Shown here in pieces: positions 1 through 11,400 of a stretch of 64,000 bases of DNA. Position 1 is the first letter of the stretch; every line of letters begins with the position of its first letter. The position numbers and the translations under genes were made by a program. The notes under the pieces are model-generated. The model worked only from the letters and a program-made list of their open reading frames with translations, was not told where the DNA came from and searched no databases. Source of the DNA: Alphaproteobacteria bacterium (lineage in GTDB: Bacteria; Pseudomonadota; Alphaproteobacteria; SHVV01); contig OZ253470.1 of assembly GCA_965261735.1 (NCBI GenBank), forward strand, positions 2,336,001 to 2,400,000, given 5' to 3'.

Positions 1-402
1 TCTGTGGGTTCGTCGAGAGCACCGTCGCGCCGCGATCGCTGATCGTTACTGACGATTGGAGCGGCTATGCTGGCCTCGGTAAGCGCGGCTATGAGCACTT
101 CGCTGTTGCCGAGTGTGGTGATCCAGAGGTTGCCGAGCAATACCTGCCGATCATCCATCTGGTTTTCGCCAACCTGAAGACGTGGCTGATCGGTATCCAC
201 CACGGCGTTAGCCACCAGCACCTACAAGCCTACCTCAACGAGTTCACCTTCCGCTTCAACAGGCGGTTCTACCCGTTCAACGCCTTCCGCTCATTGCTCG
301 GCATCGCGGGCGACACCTCTGCTCCAACCTATGCCGAGCTTTACTCGGGAGAGTGGCGGCACCCTACATGTAGCGGTCATGGGCGTTAACCGGATAGGCA
401 AG
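1..402 (+). mobile_element. IS1595-family element, copy 1 (3' part; runs off window start); transposase stop at 387-389
   Basis: Matches the reverse complement of the 41187 end of copy 2; ends in terminal IR TAACCGGATAGGCAAG. Confidence 0.93.
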
Positions 403-408
403 CCTCGT

Positions 409-1465
409 CTATTGGATGTTGAGTAGCCGAGCGGCATTCCCGCCGACAATCTTCTCCTGGTCGTCGCGATCTAAGTTGGCGAGCAGCTCCGTCAGCTTGC
501 TCTGCGTCTCCAGGCCGATGGAACGGATGTGCGGAAAGTCCGAGCCCCACAGCACGTGAGTCGGGCCGATGTGCGGGATCGCCTCGGCGCCGTGCGCATC
601 GTCGATCATGCCGTGCCAGATGCGCGTGCGCATGTAGGCGCTGGCCCGCATCTCGAGCTTACGCAGGGGCAGGCGCCACGACATCGCCTGCATGCATCTG
701 GTCGAGGCGCCACATGAAATACGGGATCCATGAAATCTCGAACTCGGTGCACATAAGATTGAGCTCGGGAAACCGGTCGAGGATGCCGCCGAAGATGAAA
801 TCGTCGGCCAGGACGCCCATGACCTCGGTGCCGAGCGCGATAAGCGTGCTCGGGCTGGTCTCGCGTTCCTCGTCGCTATGGTAGTGGAGCGGGTCGGGGA
901 GCCGGCCCGTGATGATGTGGAGCTGGATCGGCACGCCCATCTCCTGGCAGCGGGCCCAGAACGGATCGTAAGCCGCCTTGCGGTAGGGCGGGCAGCCGGG
1001 AGGTGGGACCAGGTGGATATTGGCGCACCGCAGCCCCTTTTTCACGGTCCGCTCGAGCTCGGCGGTGGCTCACTCGACGTCGGCCATCGGGATCGTGGAG
1101 ACGCCGATAAGGCGGCCGCTGTCGTAAGCACAGAATTCGGCGAGCCAGTCGTTGAAGACCCGGGCCGAGTCCTGCAGCACGTCCTGCGCCGGGTGCCGCA
1201 TGATGAGCAGCATGGTCGTCGCGTTCATGATCTCCGCGGCGACGCCGGCCCTCTCCTGGAACGCGACCCGCACAGCCGGATCCCATCCGGCCTCCTGCAT
1301 ACCGATCTTTTGGGAGTCGGCATCGCCCTGGCCCCAGTACAAGACCTGGCCACCGGTGTAGAAGAAGGTCCCCTCCTCACCGTTGTAGCCTTGAAGGACG
1401 CGCGGCGTCGCGTCGCCATACTTGTTGCCGATCGTCTTGAACCACAGGTCGGGCGGTTCGGCTAA
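409..1465 (-). pseudogene. Amidohydrolase_2-family metal-dependent hydrolase/decarboxylase, disrupted
   Basis: EPPDLW, FNDWLAEFC, YDPFWA, LHIITG, LWGSDFPH motifs spread over 3 ORFs; N-terminal metal motif missing, in-frame TGA at 1070-1072, 4-bp duplication (TGCATGCA, 689-696) causes a frameshift. Confidence 0.85.
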
Positions 1466-2275
1466 GTAGCAACAACCTCACCAGAGCCGCGGCGGCACGG
1501 CTTTGATCCAGGTTAATGGCGGGGGATGCCTCGGCCATCCGACCAAGGGGTCAAACACCGCCGCGCGGCCGTGCACAGCGTCCCACCCCGTCGAAAGTGG
1601 GGGGCTCTCAGGCATGGCCGGGCGAGACGACATGCGCAGCTAACATAGCTGGATTGCAGAAACTGCAATTTCGACCTTTGGTGCGCACGGCTATATTGCA
1701 CCTGCAACGGGTGTCGGGTGACGGCATTCGTGCCGGCGGGGCCATCCCCGGCGATAACGGATCGCCAGAATTGCAGGTGATTGACGTGCGTCTCCCAGAC
1801 GTGAAGCCTCCCTGTTGAAATCTCGGCCGGAGCCTTACAACTCCGGCCTCTTCTTGTGCCCGCCGGAGTACCGGCCAGCCCGCATGGGCCACGCAATAGT
1901 GTAACAACCGCCACATTTCTTTACACTCGACGGAACGCCGGTTCTTGGACCCGGAGTTCTCCGTAATTTATTGTTCGCAAGAGATTATTCCACGCGGCCC
2001 CAGTTCAAGCTCGGCGCAACACCGGGCGGCGAGGGGTCGGACATCGGCAAGAACATCAAGCTCGTGGATTTCGACGGTGGCCCGGTGAGCGGCGGGCGCA
2101 AGCACGGCCACTCCTTCATTTACGCGCTCGACGACCATCGCCTCGGCAACAAGGGCCACTGCGTCCTCCTCCCAACCCCCGACGAGTTGTGCAGCCGCCA
2201 CGTCGGCCGCGGCTGGATGAACCACAGCGAAACGTTCAAGGATGACAGTTTCGTGGTCGCTCAGACCGTCGCCAA

Positions 2276-3724
2276 GATCGTGTCCCGCGGAGTGGTGTAA
2301 GAGCGTTGCGCTCTACGCGGCTCCCGGCGGGTAGGGCCGGGACGTTCAGGCTGCCACGGTGGGCAGCGTGATGGGGACACCATCGCTCAGCGGAGCGATG
2401 GATTCCAGCGTCATGTATCTCCTTGAGACGGCCCACTCGTCGTTCTGCTCGAGAAGGATGGCGCCGACGAGCCGTGTGATGGCGGCTTCGTTGGGAAAGA
2501 TACCGACGACGTTGGTGCGACGCTTGACCTCGGCATGGAGCCGTTCGATCGGGTTTGTGGAGTGCAATTTCTGGCGGTGCTCCCTGGGGAAGCTCATGTA
2601 GGCGAGGACGTCGTGCTCGGCTTCGTCCATGAGAACTGCCAGCTTGGGCACCTTGGGCCTGAGCTGGTCGGCGACCTGGCGCCACTGGACCTTCGCGCTG
2701 TCGGCGTCCTCCTGGGCGAAGGCGGTGGCGACGAAGGCGGAGACGACGCGCCGGCCCTGGCGGCCGGCATGGGCCAGCAGGTTGCGGGCGAAGTGCACGC
2801 GGCAGCGCTGCCATGTGGCGCCGAGGATCCGGGTCGCGGCGGCCTTCAGGCCCTTGTGGTCGTCGGAGATCACCAGCTTCACGCCGCGCAGCCCGCGCCG
2901 GGCCAGCGAGCGCAGGAACTCGGTCCAGAAGGTCTCGGCCTCCGACGCGCCGATCGCCACGCCCAGGACCTCGCGGCGGCCTTGGTCGTTGACGGCCACA
3001 GCCACGGTCACCGCGACCGAGACGATGCGTCCGGTCTGGCGCACCTTCACGTAGGTGGCGTCGAGCCACAGATAGGGCCAGTCGCCCTCCAGCGGTCGAT
3101 CGAGGAAGCCGGTGACCTTATCGTCGATCTCGCCGCACAGCCTGGAGACCTGGCTCTTGGAGGCGCCCGACATCCCCATCGCCTGAACCAGATCGTCGAC
3201 CGAGCGGGTCGACACCCCCTGGATGTAGGCCTCCTGGATCACCGCAGCCAGCGCCTTCTCGGCCATCCGCCGCGGCTCCAGGAAGCCCGGGAAGTAGCTT
3301 CCCTTCCTCAGCTTCGGGATCTTCAGCTCGACCGTGCCGGCCCGCGTCTCCCAGGACCGGTCGCGGTAGCCGTTGCGATGGGTGATACGATCCGCCGAGC
3401 GCTCGCCGTGCCCGGCGCCGGTCAGGCCCTCAACCTCCAGTGCCATCAGCCGCTCGGCCGTGAAGCCGATCATCTCGCAAAGCAGATCGGCATCGGAGCT
3501 CTTCTCCAAAAGCGCGCGCAGGGTCATCATGTCCTGGGTCATCGTGGTTCTCCTTCGGGTCAGGTTGGTTTGCACTAGCCCAACCCTAAACCGGAACCGC
3601 GATGGCCTCCGCTGTGGATAGCCGGCTTGCCTACGCCAGACTCTCGGCGGTCGCTACGGCAAGCCGCCTACCCACAGCTAACAGAGGCTCCAACAACTCC
3701 TACACCACGTCCTGGGACACGACC
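2276..3724 (-). mobile_element. IS256-family insertion sequence
   Basis: Imperfect terminal IRs GATCGTGTCCCGCGGAGTGGTGTAAG / CCTACACCACGTCCTGGGACACGACC; no target duplication visible. Confidence 0.92.
2346..3575 (-). CDS. IS256-family (Mutator-type) DDE transposase; start may be ATG 3542
   Basis: [47 protein letters not shown] motifs. Confidence 0.95.
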   Translation of the reverse strand: MQTNLTRRRTTMTQDMMTLRALLEKSSDADLLCEMIGFTAERLMALEVEGLTGAGHGERSADRITHRNGYRDRSWETRAGTVELKIPKLRKGSYFPGFLEPRRMAEKALAAVIQEAYIQGVSTRSVDDLVQAMGMSGASKSQVSRLCGEIDDKVTGFLDRPLEGDWPYLWLDATYVKVRQTGRIVSVAVTVAVAVNDQGRREVLGVAIGASEAETFWTEFLRSLARRGLRGVKLVISDDHKGLKAAATRILGATWQRCRVHFARNLLAHAGRQGRRVVSAFVATAFAQEDADSAKVQWRQVADQLRPKVPKLAVLMDEAEHDVLAYMSFPREHRQKLHSTNPIERLHAEVKRRTNVVGIFPNEAAITRLVGAILLEQNDEWAVSRRYMTLESIAPLSDGVPITLPTVAA

Positions 3725-3921
3725 TAAATCAGTGGCGCCGAAGCGCAACATATCGCCATGACGGATCATCAGGTCGCCATAGAAAATGGAACCAAGGATG
3801 AGGTTTTGGAGCACCTAATGCTGGTGGCTTTCAAGGAGATACCTGCGGCGAGGGAGAGATAAACCACTCCACTTGCCAGGCCCAAGGGCCGTTTCGCTCG
3901 GCAGGCCCTAGGGCGCGCGCC

Positions 3922-4524
3922 CTATCTCAACTCGTCAATGAAGAGCTGATAGAGCGTCCGCTGGTCCGGGAGGCCCGTGGCGGAGATGTTTTCGGCGTTC
4001 TGGAAGGCTTCGATGGCGGTCCGCGTGGCGTCGCTCCACGCCCCGTCGGTGGCGCCCTGCTAGTGCCCGCGCTCGGCGAGCGCGAGCTGTATCTTGCGCA
4101 GCACCGCCTGGTATAGGCTCACCTTCTGGTCGGCCTCACCGGTGGTCACGACCGGTGAGTTCTCGCTTATCCGGCCCTTCAGCAGCGAGTTGGTCAGCGT
4201 CATGACGGCGAGCCCAAAGCGTTGCTCGAGGTTGCGCTTGCAGAACGCCTCGAGCAGGGTCATCAGGATTTCTATGCTCTGCCACGGCGCGACGTCGAAG
4301 GTCTCGAAGCCGCGCTGGTTGATGGCTGTAATGTAGCCCATGGTCCAGCCGGCGAAGTTGGGGTAGCTCGGCAGCTTCTCGGCCCGCGCCTTCAGATAGT
4401 TCTCGCAGGTGACGAGCCCCGCCCCCTTCATCGCGAATTTGTTCGATCGGTCGGCCGCGTCCGCGGCGCCTATAGTGCCGATCCAGACAACCGCAAGGGC
4501 CGCCGGCCACGTCAAGCGCTTCAT
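3922..4524 (-). pseudogene. Secreted protein with C-terminal peptidoglycan-binding domain, interrupted by in-frame TAG at 4060-4062
   Basis: Signal peptide; reading through the TAG gives LRKIQLALAERGH*QGATDGAWSDATRTAIEAFQNAENISATGLPDQRTL, a PG_binding_1 pattern. Confidence 0.75.
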
Positions 4525-4572
4525 CGGCCCCTCCGCTCCACTGATGCCCGGCGGATTGCGGCCGCGGGGGCC

Positions 4573-5196
4573 CTAGTTGTCGTCCGCGTTGATCTTTTGG
4601 CGGAGCTGGGCGATGAGGCCCGATACCTCGCCACCCTCGCGCTGGATCACGGACGAGAACTCGTCGCGCTGGGTGATGGCCATGCTGAGGCCCTCGACGA
4701 CGACGTCGATCACCTTATAGTCGCCGTCGCGGTCGCGGTCGCGCACGCGCCAGTCGACCCGCACGGCCCGACCCGAGGAGCTGCGAATCTCGCTCGAGAC
4801 GATAGTATCGTGGTCGCCGTGGGTTCGCGCGCCATCGACGTGAAGTGTTTCGCCGGCGTACTGGCCGAGGCGCGAGGCGTAGGCGATGACGACGAATTCT
4901 TCGAAGAGCGTCGCGTATTCGCGACGCTCCTGCACGTTGGCGCGCCGCCAATAGCGGCCGAGCGCGAAGCGGCCGATGGTCTGGAGGTCGAAGCCCTCGC
5001 CGAGCAGGCGTCGGAACTCGTTGGTCCGCGTCTCCTCACTGATCCGCGAATCGCCGAGCACGCTGATCGCCTCGCCGCCGAGCGCGCGGACAAACTCGAC
5101 GGGCGTGTCGGGTGCTGCCAGGGCCGGGCCGAGGGACCCGCCCGAGCCCAGCATGAAGCCGCCGAGCATGACGATGGTTAGCGCGCGCCAAGGCAT
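4573..5196 (-). CDS. mlaC: MlaC/Ttg2D phospholipid-binding periplasmic protein
   Basis: FDLQTIGRFALGRYW, VDWRV, KVIDVVVEGLSMAITQRDEF motifs; next to mlaA. Confidence 0.92.
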   Translation of the reverse strand: MPWRALTIVMLGGFMLGSGGSLGPALAAPDTPVEFVRALGGEAISVLGDSRISEETRTNEFRRLLGEGFDLQTIGRFALGRYWRRANVQERREYATLFEEFVVIAYASRLGQYAGETLHVDGARTHGDHDTIVSSEIRSSSGRAVRVDWRVRDRDRDGDYKVIDVVVEGLSMAITQRDEFSSVIQREGGEVSGLIAQLRQKINADDN

Positions 5197-5213
5197 GGAA
5201 GGGCTGGTCGTGG

Positions 5214-6053
5214 CTAGGGCGAGGTCAAGGTCAAGGCCGCCTCACCGGTGTCCTCGTCGAGGTCAATCGAGATCTGCGGCACCGGCACCAGCGGCGCCAG
5301 ATCACCATTGCGGATCTCGTCGGCTCGACGCTGCCGGTAGAGGCTGCGCACGGTCGCGTAGAGATCGATGGAGGTGCGCTCGATCTCGTCAAAGGCCTCG
5401 AGGTTGCGCCCCTGGAAGTCGATGGCGTCGACCGCGTACCGGGTAATCGGAATCCAGTCGCGATCGGTGTTTCGGGCCCACAGGTTGAGGGGATCGAAAT
5501 AGCCGTCGACGAAGGTGCCGACCGCGTCGCGCGGCGGCGCCGGCCCGAGTAGCGGCAATACGAGATAGATGCCCTCACCGACGCCGTAGACCGCGAGCGT
5601 CTGGCCAAAGTCCTCGTCGTGCTTCTCGAGGCCGAAATGCGCCGCGACGTCGAACAGCCCGAGAATGCCGATGGTGCTGTTGGTCAGGAAGCGGCCCGAG
5701 GTGGTGGCGGCCCGACTCATTTCTCCCTGCAGCACGTCGTTGGCCAGGATGACCGGCGTCTTAAGATTGTCGAGGAAGTTGCGCACCGCATCGCGCCCCG
5801 GTTCCGGGACGATACCGACATAGACCTCGGCCAAGGGCCGCAGCGCCATGATGTCGATGAAACGATTGACCTCGAAGATGTACCGGTTGAACGGCTCCAG
5901 CGGGTCGTTCGCCTCTTCGAAGGCGGCCTTCGCCAGGGGATCGTCAGCGGGCGCCGAGGCGCAGCCGGCCAACGCTATCGCGAGCAGCCAAAGCGGCGCG
6001 CTGAGGAGCCCCGATCGCGACCAGCGTCTACGCGTGCGAATGATCGCCGTCAC
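5214..6053 (-). CDS. mlaA: MlaA/VacJ lipoprotein (start uncertain: GTG 6053 or 6095)
   Basis: LAGC lipobox, NDPLEPFNR, EDFGQTLAVYG, YLVLPLLGP. Confidence 0.92.
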   Translation of the reverse strand: MTAIIRTRRRWSRSGLLSAPLWLLAIALAGCASAPADDPLAKAAFEEANDPLEPFNRYIFEVNRFIDIMALRPLAEVYVGIVPEPGRDAVRNFLDNLKTPVILANDVLQGEMSRAATTSGRFLTNSTIGILGLFDVAAHFGLEKHDEDFGQTLAVYGVGEGIYLVLPLLGPAPPRDAVGTFVDGYFDPLNLWARNTDRDWIPITRYAVDAIDFQGRNLEAFDEIERTSIDLYATVRSLYRQRRADEIRNGDLAPLVPVPQISIDLDEDTGEAALTLTSP

Positions 6054-6615
6054 CCTAGCGTTGCTTGTCGGCGCAACCTCGACCCACTCGGCCACGTCCC
6101 CGTACCCCCAACAAGACTCAGCCCATCCCCGCCGCCGCCGAGCCCGTGACCTGCGGCCAAGCGAGCGGACCGGACGCCGCAAGTGCGTCCGGGAAGGGCA
6201 TTTTTCCTACCATAGCGCTAGGCCAAAGACCAGCGGGTGTTCCTCCCCGTGCGCCCATTTTGTCACCCCTGTTGCCAATATGTCGCGCCTCGCGAGTGAG
6301 CGGGCGCTGAGGCGAATTGGCGCAGCACCTCTGCCGTCTCCATCGAGCATGCTAATCTATTATTAATCAATATATATGCATATTAACATTACATCATGAA
6401 TGGCATAACGTTCGCGTCGCTCGGTCCACGAATGCCTTGATGATGTCGCCCGCGACGACCGCTGCACTATGGCGCTGGCGGATGGACAAGGCGTAAACGC
6501 CGGGGGCCGGGTTTCGGGGGGACTCCGTTCCGAGCCGTGGTTGCTAGACGGGATCATAAAGACCAACGCACCGGGGGCGATCCGCGAACCGTGATCGGCA
6601 GAGGCATGTCACACC

Positions 6616-7557
6616 ATGATTGACCTTTTAAACGGCCTCAAGGCGGCGGGCGAGCCTTCGCGGCTTCGGCTTTTGGCGCTGTGCGCCCAGGGCGAGCTCA
6701 CCGTGCGTGAGCTGACACAGATCCTCGGCCAGAGCCAACCGCGCGTGTCGCGCCACCTCAGACTGCTGTGCGAGGCGGGGCTCCTCGAGCGTCGACGCGA
6801 GGCGACGTCCGCCTTCTACCGCCTCGCCGACGCCAACGGCTCGGTCGCGCTCGCGCGTACCCTCGTCGATCTGGTGCCCGAGGACGATCCCACGCTGGCG
6901 CTCGACCGCGACCGGCTTACCGTCGTCAAACAAACCCGGGCCGCCCAGGCCACCGCCTACTTTCGTGCCAACGCGCCACGCTGGCACGAGGTCCGCGCCC
7001 TGTATGCGCCCGAAACGAGCGTCGAGAAGGCGATGCTCGACCTCCTCGATGGACCCATTCATGATCTGCTCGATGTCGGCACTGGCACGGGCCGCACTCT
7101 CGAGCTGTTTGGAGAGCGCATACGCTCGGGCGTGGGTGTCGATCTGTCGCGCGAGATGCTGGCACTGGCGCGCGCCAATCTCGAGCGTGCCGGCCTGCGC
7201 CATTGTCAGGTACGCTACGCCGACATGTACGCACTACCATTTGAAGAACCCTGCTTCGACGCCGTGACCTTCCACCAGGTGCTCCATTTCGCCGACGACC
7301 CGGCGCGCGCGATCGCCGAGGGCGGGCGCGTTCTCAGGAAGGGCGGCCGATTGGTCATCGCCGACTTCGCTCCCCATGCGCTCGAACATCTACGTGACGA
7401 ACACGCGCATCGCCGGCTCGGTTTCCCTGAGCACGAGGTCGCGGGCTGGTGCCGCGCGGCCGGGCTCGAGGTGGCCAAGGTCGTCAACATAGCCGGCGAT
7501 CCGCTGACGGTGACCTTGTGGGCCGCGCATCGGACCGACAACGGGCGGCGCGCATGA
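6616..7557 (+). CDS. sahR: ArsR-HTH plus class I methyltransferase-domain regulator (SahR-like)
   Basis: GQSQPRVSRHLRLL HTH, LLDVGTGTG, HAHRRLGF; ATGA-coupled to metF. Confidence 0.85.
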   Translation: MIDLLNGLKAAGEPSRLRLLALCAQGELTVRELTQILGQSQPRVSRHLRLLCEAGLLERRREATSAFYRLADANGSVALARTLVDLVPEDDPTLALDRDRLTVVKQTRAAQATAYFRANAPRWHEVRALYAPETSVEKAMLDLLDGPIHDLLDVGTGTGRTLELFGERIRSGVGVDLSREMLALARANLERAGLRHCQVRYADMYALPFEEPCFDAVTFHQVLHFADDPARAIAEGGRVLRKGGRLVIADFAPHALEHLRDEHAHRRLGFPEHEVAGWCRAAGLEVAKVVNIAGDPLTVTLWAAHRTDNGRRA

Positions 7558-8468
7558 GCGCGGGATCCGCACCGGCCACGGCGGTGCCGCTCGCGGCGCC
7601 GGGCGCCCCTCGCCCGGACGTTTCGTTCGAGTTCTTTCCCCCGCAAACCGCGCAAGCCGAGGCCAACCTATGGGTCGCGGTCGAACGACTGGCGCCGCTG
7701 GCACCCCGTTTCGTCTCGGTAACGTACGGCGCCGGCGGCAGCACGCGCGAGCGTACCCACGCCACGCTGCGCCGAATCAAGCACGAGACCGCCTTGACGC
7801 CGGCCGCCCACCTGACCTGCGTCGGCGCGACCCGAGACGAGGTCGATGCCGTCGCTCGCGACTACTGGAGCACCGGCATCCGTCATATCGTCGCGCTGCG
7901 CGGCGATCCTCCCGCCGGTACCGAGCGCTACATCCCCCACCCCGGCGGCTATGCCTTCGCCGGTGATCTCGTCGCGGGCCTGAAGCGGATCGCCGATTTC
8001 GAGATCAGCGTCGCGGCCTATCCCGAAACCCATCCCGAGGCGACGAGCGCCGCCGCCGACCTCGATCACCTCGAGCGCAAGATCGATGCCGGCGCGACCC
8101 GCGCCATCACCCAGTTCTTTTTCGATACCGACCTCTACCTGCGCTTCCTCGATCGCGTCGCCGCGCGCGGCATTGGCGTGGCCATTGTGCCCGGCATCCT
8201 GCCGGTCACCAACTTCACTCAGGTCGCCAAGTTCAGCGCGCGCTGCGGGGCCACCGTTCCGGGCTGGCTCGCCGACCTGTTTGAAGGCCTCGACGACGAT
8301 GCCGATACCCGCAAGCTGGTTGCCGCCACGGTCGCCGCGGAGCAATGCCGTCGGCTGCAGGACGCGGGCGTGAACGAGTTTCACTTCTACACGCTCAATC
8401 GCGCCGACCTCGCGTACGCGATCTGTCACATCCTTGGCCTGCGTCCTCTCGTGCGGACGACCTCATGA
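7554..8468 (+). CDS. metF: 5,10-methylenetetrahydrofolate reductase
   Basis: VSFEFFPP, SVTYGAGG, AAHLTCV, ALRGDPP, AITQFFF, FHFYTLN. Confidence 0.97.
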   Translation: MSAGSAPATAVPLAAPGAPRPDVSFEFFPPQTAQAEANLWVAVERLAPLAPRFVSVTYGAGGSTRERTHATLRRIKHETALTPAAHLTCVGATRDEVDAVARDYWSTGIRHIVALRGDPPAGTERYIPHPGGYAFAGDLVAGLKRIADFEISVAAYPETHPEATSAAADLDHLERKIDAGATRAITQFFFDTDLYLRFLDRVAARGIGVAIVPGILPVTNFTQVAKFSARCGATVPGWLADLFEGLDDDADTRKLVAATVAAEQCRRLQDAGVNEFHFYTLNRADLAYAICHILGLRPLVRTTS

Positions 8469-11400
8469 GCGGCTTTCTCGATGCCCTGAGCGATCGCGTT
8501 CTGCTGTGCGACGGCGCCATGGGGAGCCGCGTGCAGGCCCTCGATCTCGAGATAGAGCGCGACTATGACGGTCAGGAGAACTGCACTGAAATCCTGACCC
8601 GAACCCGCCCCGATATCGTGCGCGACATTCATGCGGGCTACCTCGAGGCCGGCGCCGACGTCGTGCAGACCAATACCTTCGGCGGCTCGCCGATCACGCT
8701 CGGCGAGTTCGGCCTCGAGGACGAGGCCCATGAGCTCAACCGCCGCGCGGCGGAGATCGCCCGCGAGGCGGTCGATGCCTTCGCCCATGACGGGCGCCCC
8801 CGCTACGTCCTCGGCTCGATCGGACCCGGCACCAGGCTTCCGAGCCTCGGCCACGTCGCCTACGACGCGCTCGAGGAGGCGCTCGCCGTTCAGTGTCGCG
8901 GCCTGATCGCCGGCGGCGTTGATGCCCTCCTCATCGAGACCTGCCAGGACCCGCTGCAGATCAAGGCCGCCGTCAACGCGGCCAAGCGCGGCCGCGCCGA
9001 AGCGGGCGCGGCGCTGCCGATCGCGGTGCAGGCGACGGTCGAGACCACCGGCACCCTGCTGGTCGGCGCCGACATCGCGTCGGCGGCCACCATCGTCGAG
9101 GCGCTCGGCGTCGACATGGTCGGTCTCAACTGCGCCACCGGACCGCAGGAGATGGCCGAGCACGTCAAGTGGCTGCGCGAGAATTGGCCCGGGCTAATTT
9201 CGGTGCAGCCCAATGCTGGCCTCCCCGAGCTGGTTGACGGAAAGACCCACTATCCGCTGACGCCGCCCGAGATCGCCAAGTGGCTCGAGCGCTTCATCGT
9301 CGAGGACGGCGTCAATATGGTCGGCGGCTGCTGTGGCACCACGGTGGAGCACATCGCCGCGCTCGACGCCATGCTCGCCGGCCTCGACAACGGCGCGCGG
9401 CGGCCGCGACCTGCGCGCCGGAGCGTGCACTGGGTGCCGGCGGTGGCGTCGCTGTTCAGCCAGGTGCCGATGCGACAGGAAAACGCGTACCTGTCGATCG
9501 GCGAGCGCTGCAACGCCAACGGGTCGAAGAAGTTTCGCGAGGCCCAGGAGGCGCAGGATTGGGATAGTTGCGTCGCCATCGGGCGCGATCAGGTGCGCGA
9601 GGGCTCGCACGCGCTCGACGTCTGCACCGCCTTTGTCGGCCGCGACGAGCGCGGCGAAATGTGCGAGCTGGTGGGGCGCATGCGGGGCGCGGTCGATGCG
9701 CCGCTGATCATCGATTCGACCGAGCTCGAAGTGATCGAGGCGGCGCTGAAGCTCTACGGCGGCAAGGCGATCATCAACTCGATCAACTTCGAGGATGGCG
9801 AGGAGCCCGCGGCAAAGCGGCTCGAGCTCGCACGCCGCTTCGGCAGCGCGGTGATCGCATTGACCATCGGCGAGGAGGGCATGGCCAAGACCACCGAGGA
9901 CAAGGTCGCGCTCGCCCATCGCCTCCACGACTTCGCTTGCGGTACTCACGGACTACCGGCCTCGGACTTCCTCTTCGATCCGCTGACGTTCACCATCTGC
10001 ACGGGCAACGAGGACGATCGCAAGCTCGGCCTATGGACGCTCGATGCCATCGAGCGCATCGCCGGGGAACTGCCGCGTTGTCAGATCGTGCTCGGGCTGT
10101 CGAACATCTCCTTCGGGCTCGCGCCCGCGGCGCGCCAGGTGCTCAATTCGGTCTATCTCGACCATGCATTGAAGCGCGGCCTCACCTCGGCGATCCTCCA
10201 CTTCGGCAAGATTCTACCGCTGCATGCGATTCCCGCCGAGGAGGTCACGGTCGCCGAGGACCTGATCTACGATCGCCGGCGCGAGGGTTACGATCCGCTG
10301 CATGCATACCTCGCGCTGTTCGAGGACCGCGCGGCCGCGCCAAAAGCGGCGAAGGAGCCGCCGGCGAACGTCGGCGAACGCCTCACGCATCGCATCATCG
10401 ACGGCGACCGGCGCGGCCTCGAAGGCGACCTCGACGAGGCGCTCACCGAGACCCCGGCGCTCGATATCATCAACACCTTCCTCCTCGACGGCATGAAGGT
10501 GGTCGGTGAATTGTTCGGCGCTGGCAAGATGCAGCTGCCGTTCGTGCTCCAATCGGCCGAGACGATGAAGGCGGCCGTCTCCCATCTCGAGCCGCACATG
10601 GAGAGGGTCGAGGGCCAGGAGAAGGGCACCCTCGTCGTCGCCACGGTCAAGGGCGACGTGCACGACATCGGCAAGAACCTGGTCGACATCATCCTCACCA
10701 ACAACGGCTATCGCGTGATCAATCTCGGCATCAAGCAGCCGATCGCCAATATCATCGCGGCGGCGATCGAACACGGCGCCGACGCTATCGGCATGTCCGG
10801 GCTGCTCGTCAAGTCGACCGTGGTGATGCGCGACAATCTCGTCGAGATGACCCGCGCCGGGCTCGATCTGCCGGTCCTGCTCGGCGGTGCCGCCCTGACC
10901 CGCGCCTACGTCGAGGAAGATTGCGCGCAGACCTACGGGACGGGGCTGGTGGCCTACGCGCGCGATGCCTTCGACGGGCTCGGCCTCATGGAAAAGGTGA
11001 AGAGCGGCACCTTCGCCGATCACGTCGCCGAGGCAACGCAGAAGCGCGACCAGCGCCCCTCACGCAATCGCCGCCGGCTCGGCCAAGCCGCACCCGAGGC
11101 GCTACAGCGGCCCGTCGACCTCGAGGAGATACGGCTCAAGCGCGCCGAGCTCACGAACGGCATCGAGGTGCCGGAGCCGCCCTTTTGGGGTGCGCGCCTG
11201 GTCGAGCGGGTGCCGCTCAAGGCACTCCTGCCTTACATCAACGAGACCATGCTGTTCCAGTTCCAGTGGGGCTTTCGCAAGGCCGGGCGCGACCGCGAGG
11301 AATTTCGTGCGTGGGCGGAGCGCGAGGTTCGACCGATTCTCCATCGTATGATCGAGATCGCCAATCGCGAGGACATCATCCACGCCGGCGCCTGCTACGG

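Noticed and set aside
1070-4062. In-frame TGA (1070) and TAG (4060) as selenocysteine, pyrrolysine or an alternative genetic code
   Set aside because: Positions fit Trp and Tyr codons one mutation away; TGA and TAG are normal stops throughout the window, and the amidohydrolase has other lesions
4726-4743. GTCGCG x3 tandem repeat in mlaC (RDRDRD)
   Set aside because: In-frame 6-bp slippage in a probable loop; no sign of function
6411-6615. SAM/SAH riboswitch or SahR operator upstream of sahR-metF-metH
   Set aside because: No recognisable riboswitch core; only a possible half-site (CATAAAGA, 6555-6562) without its palindromic partner
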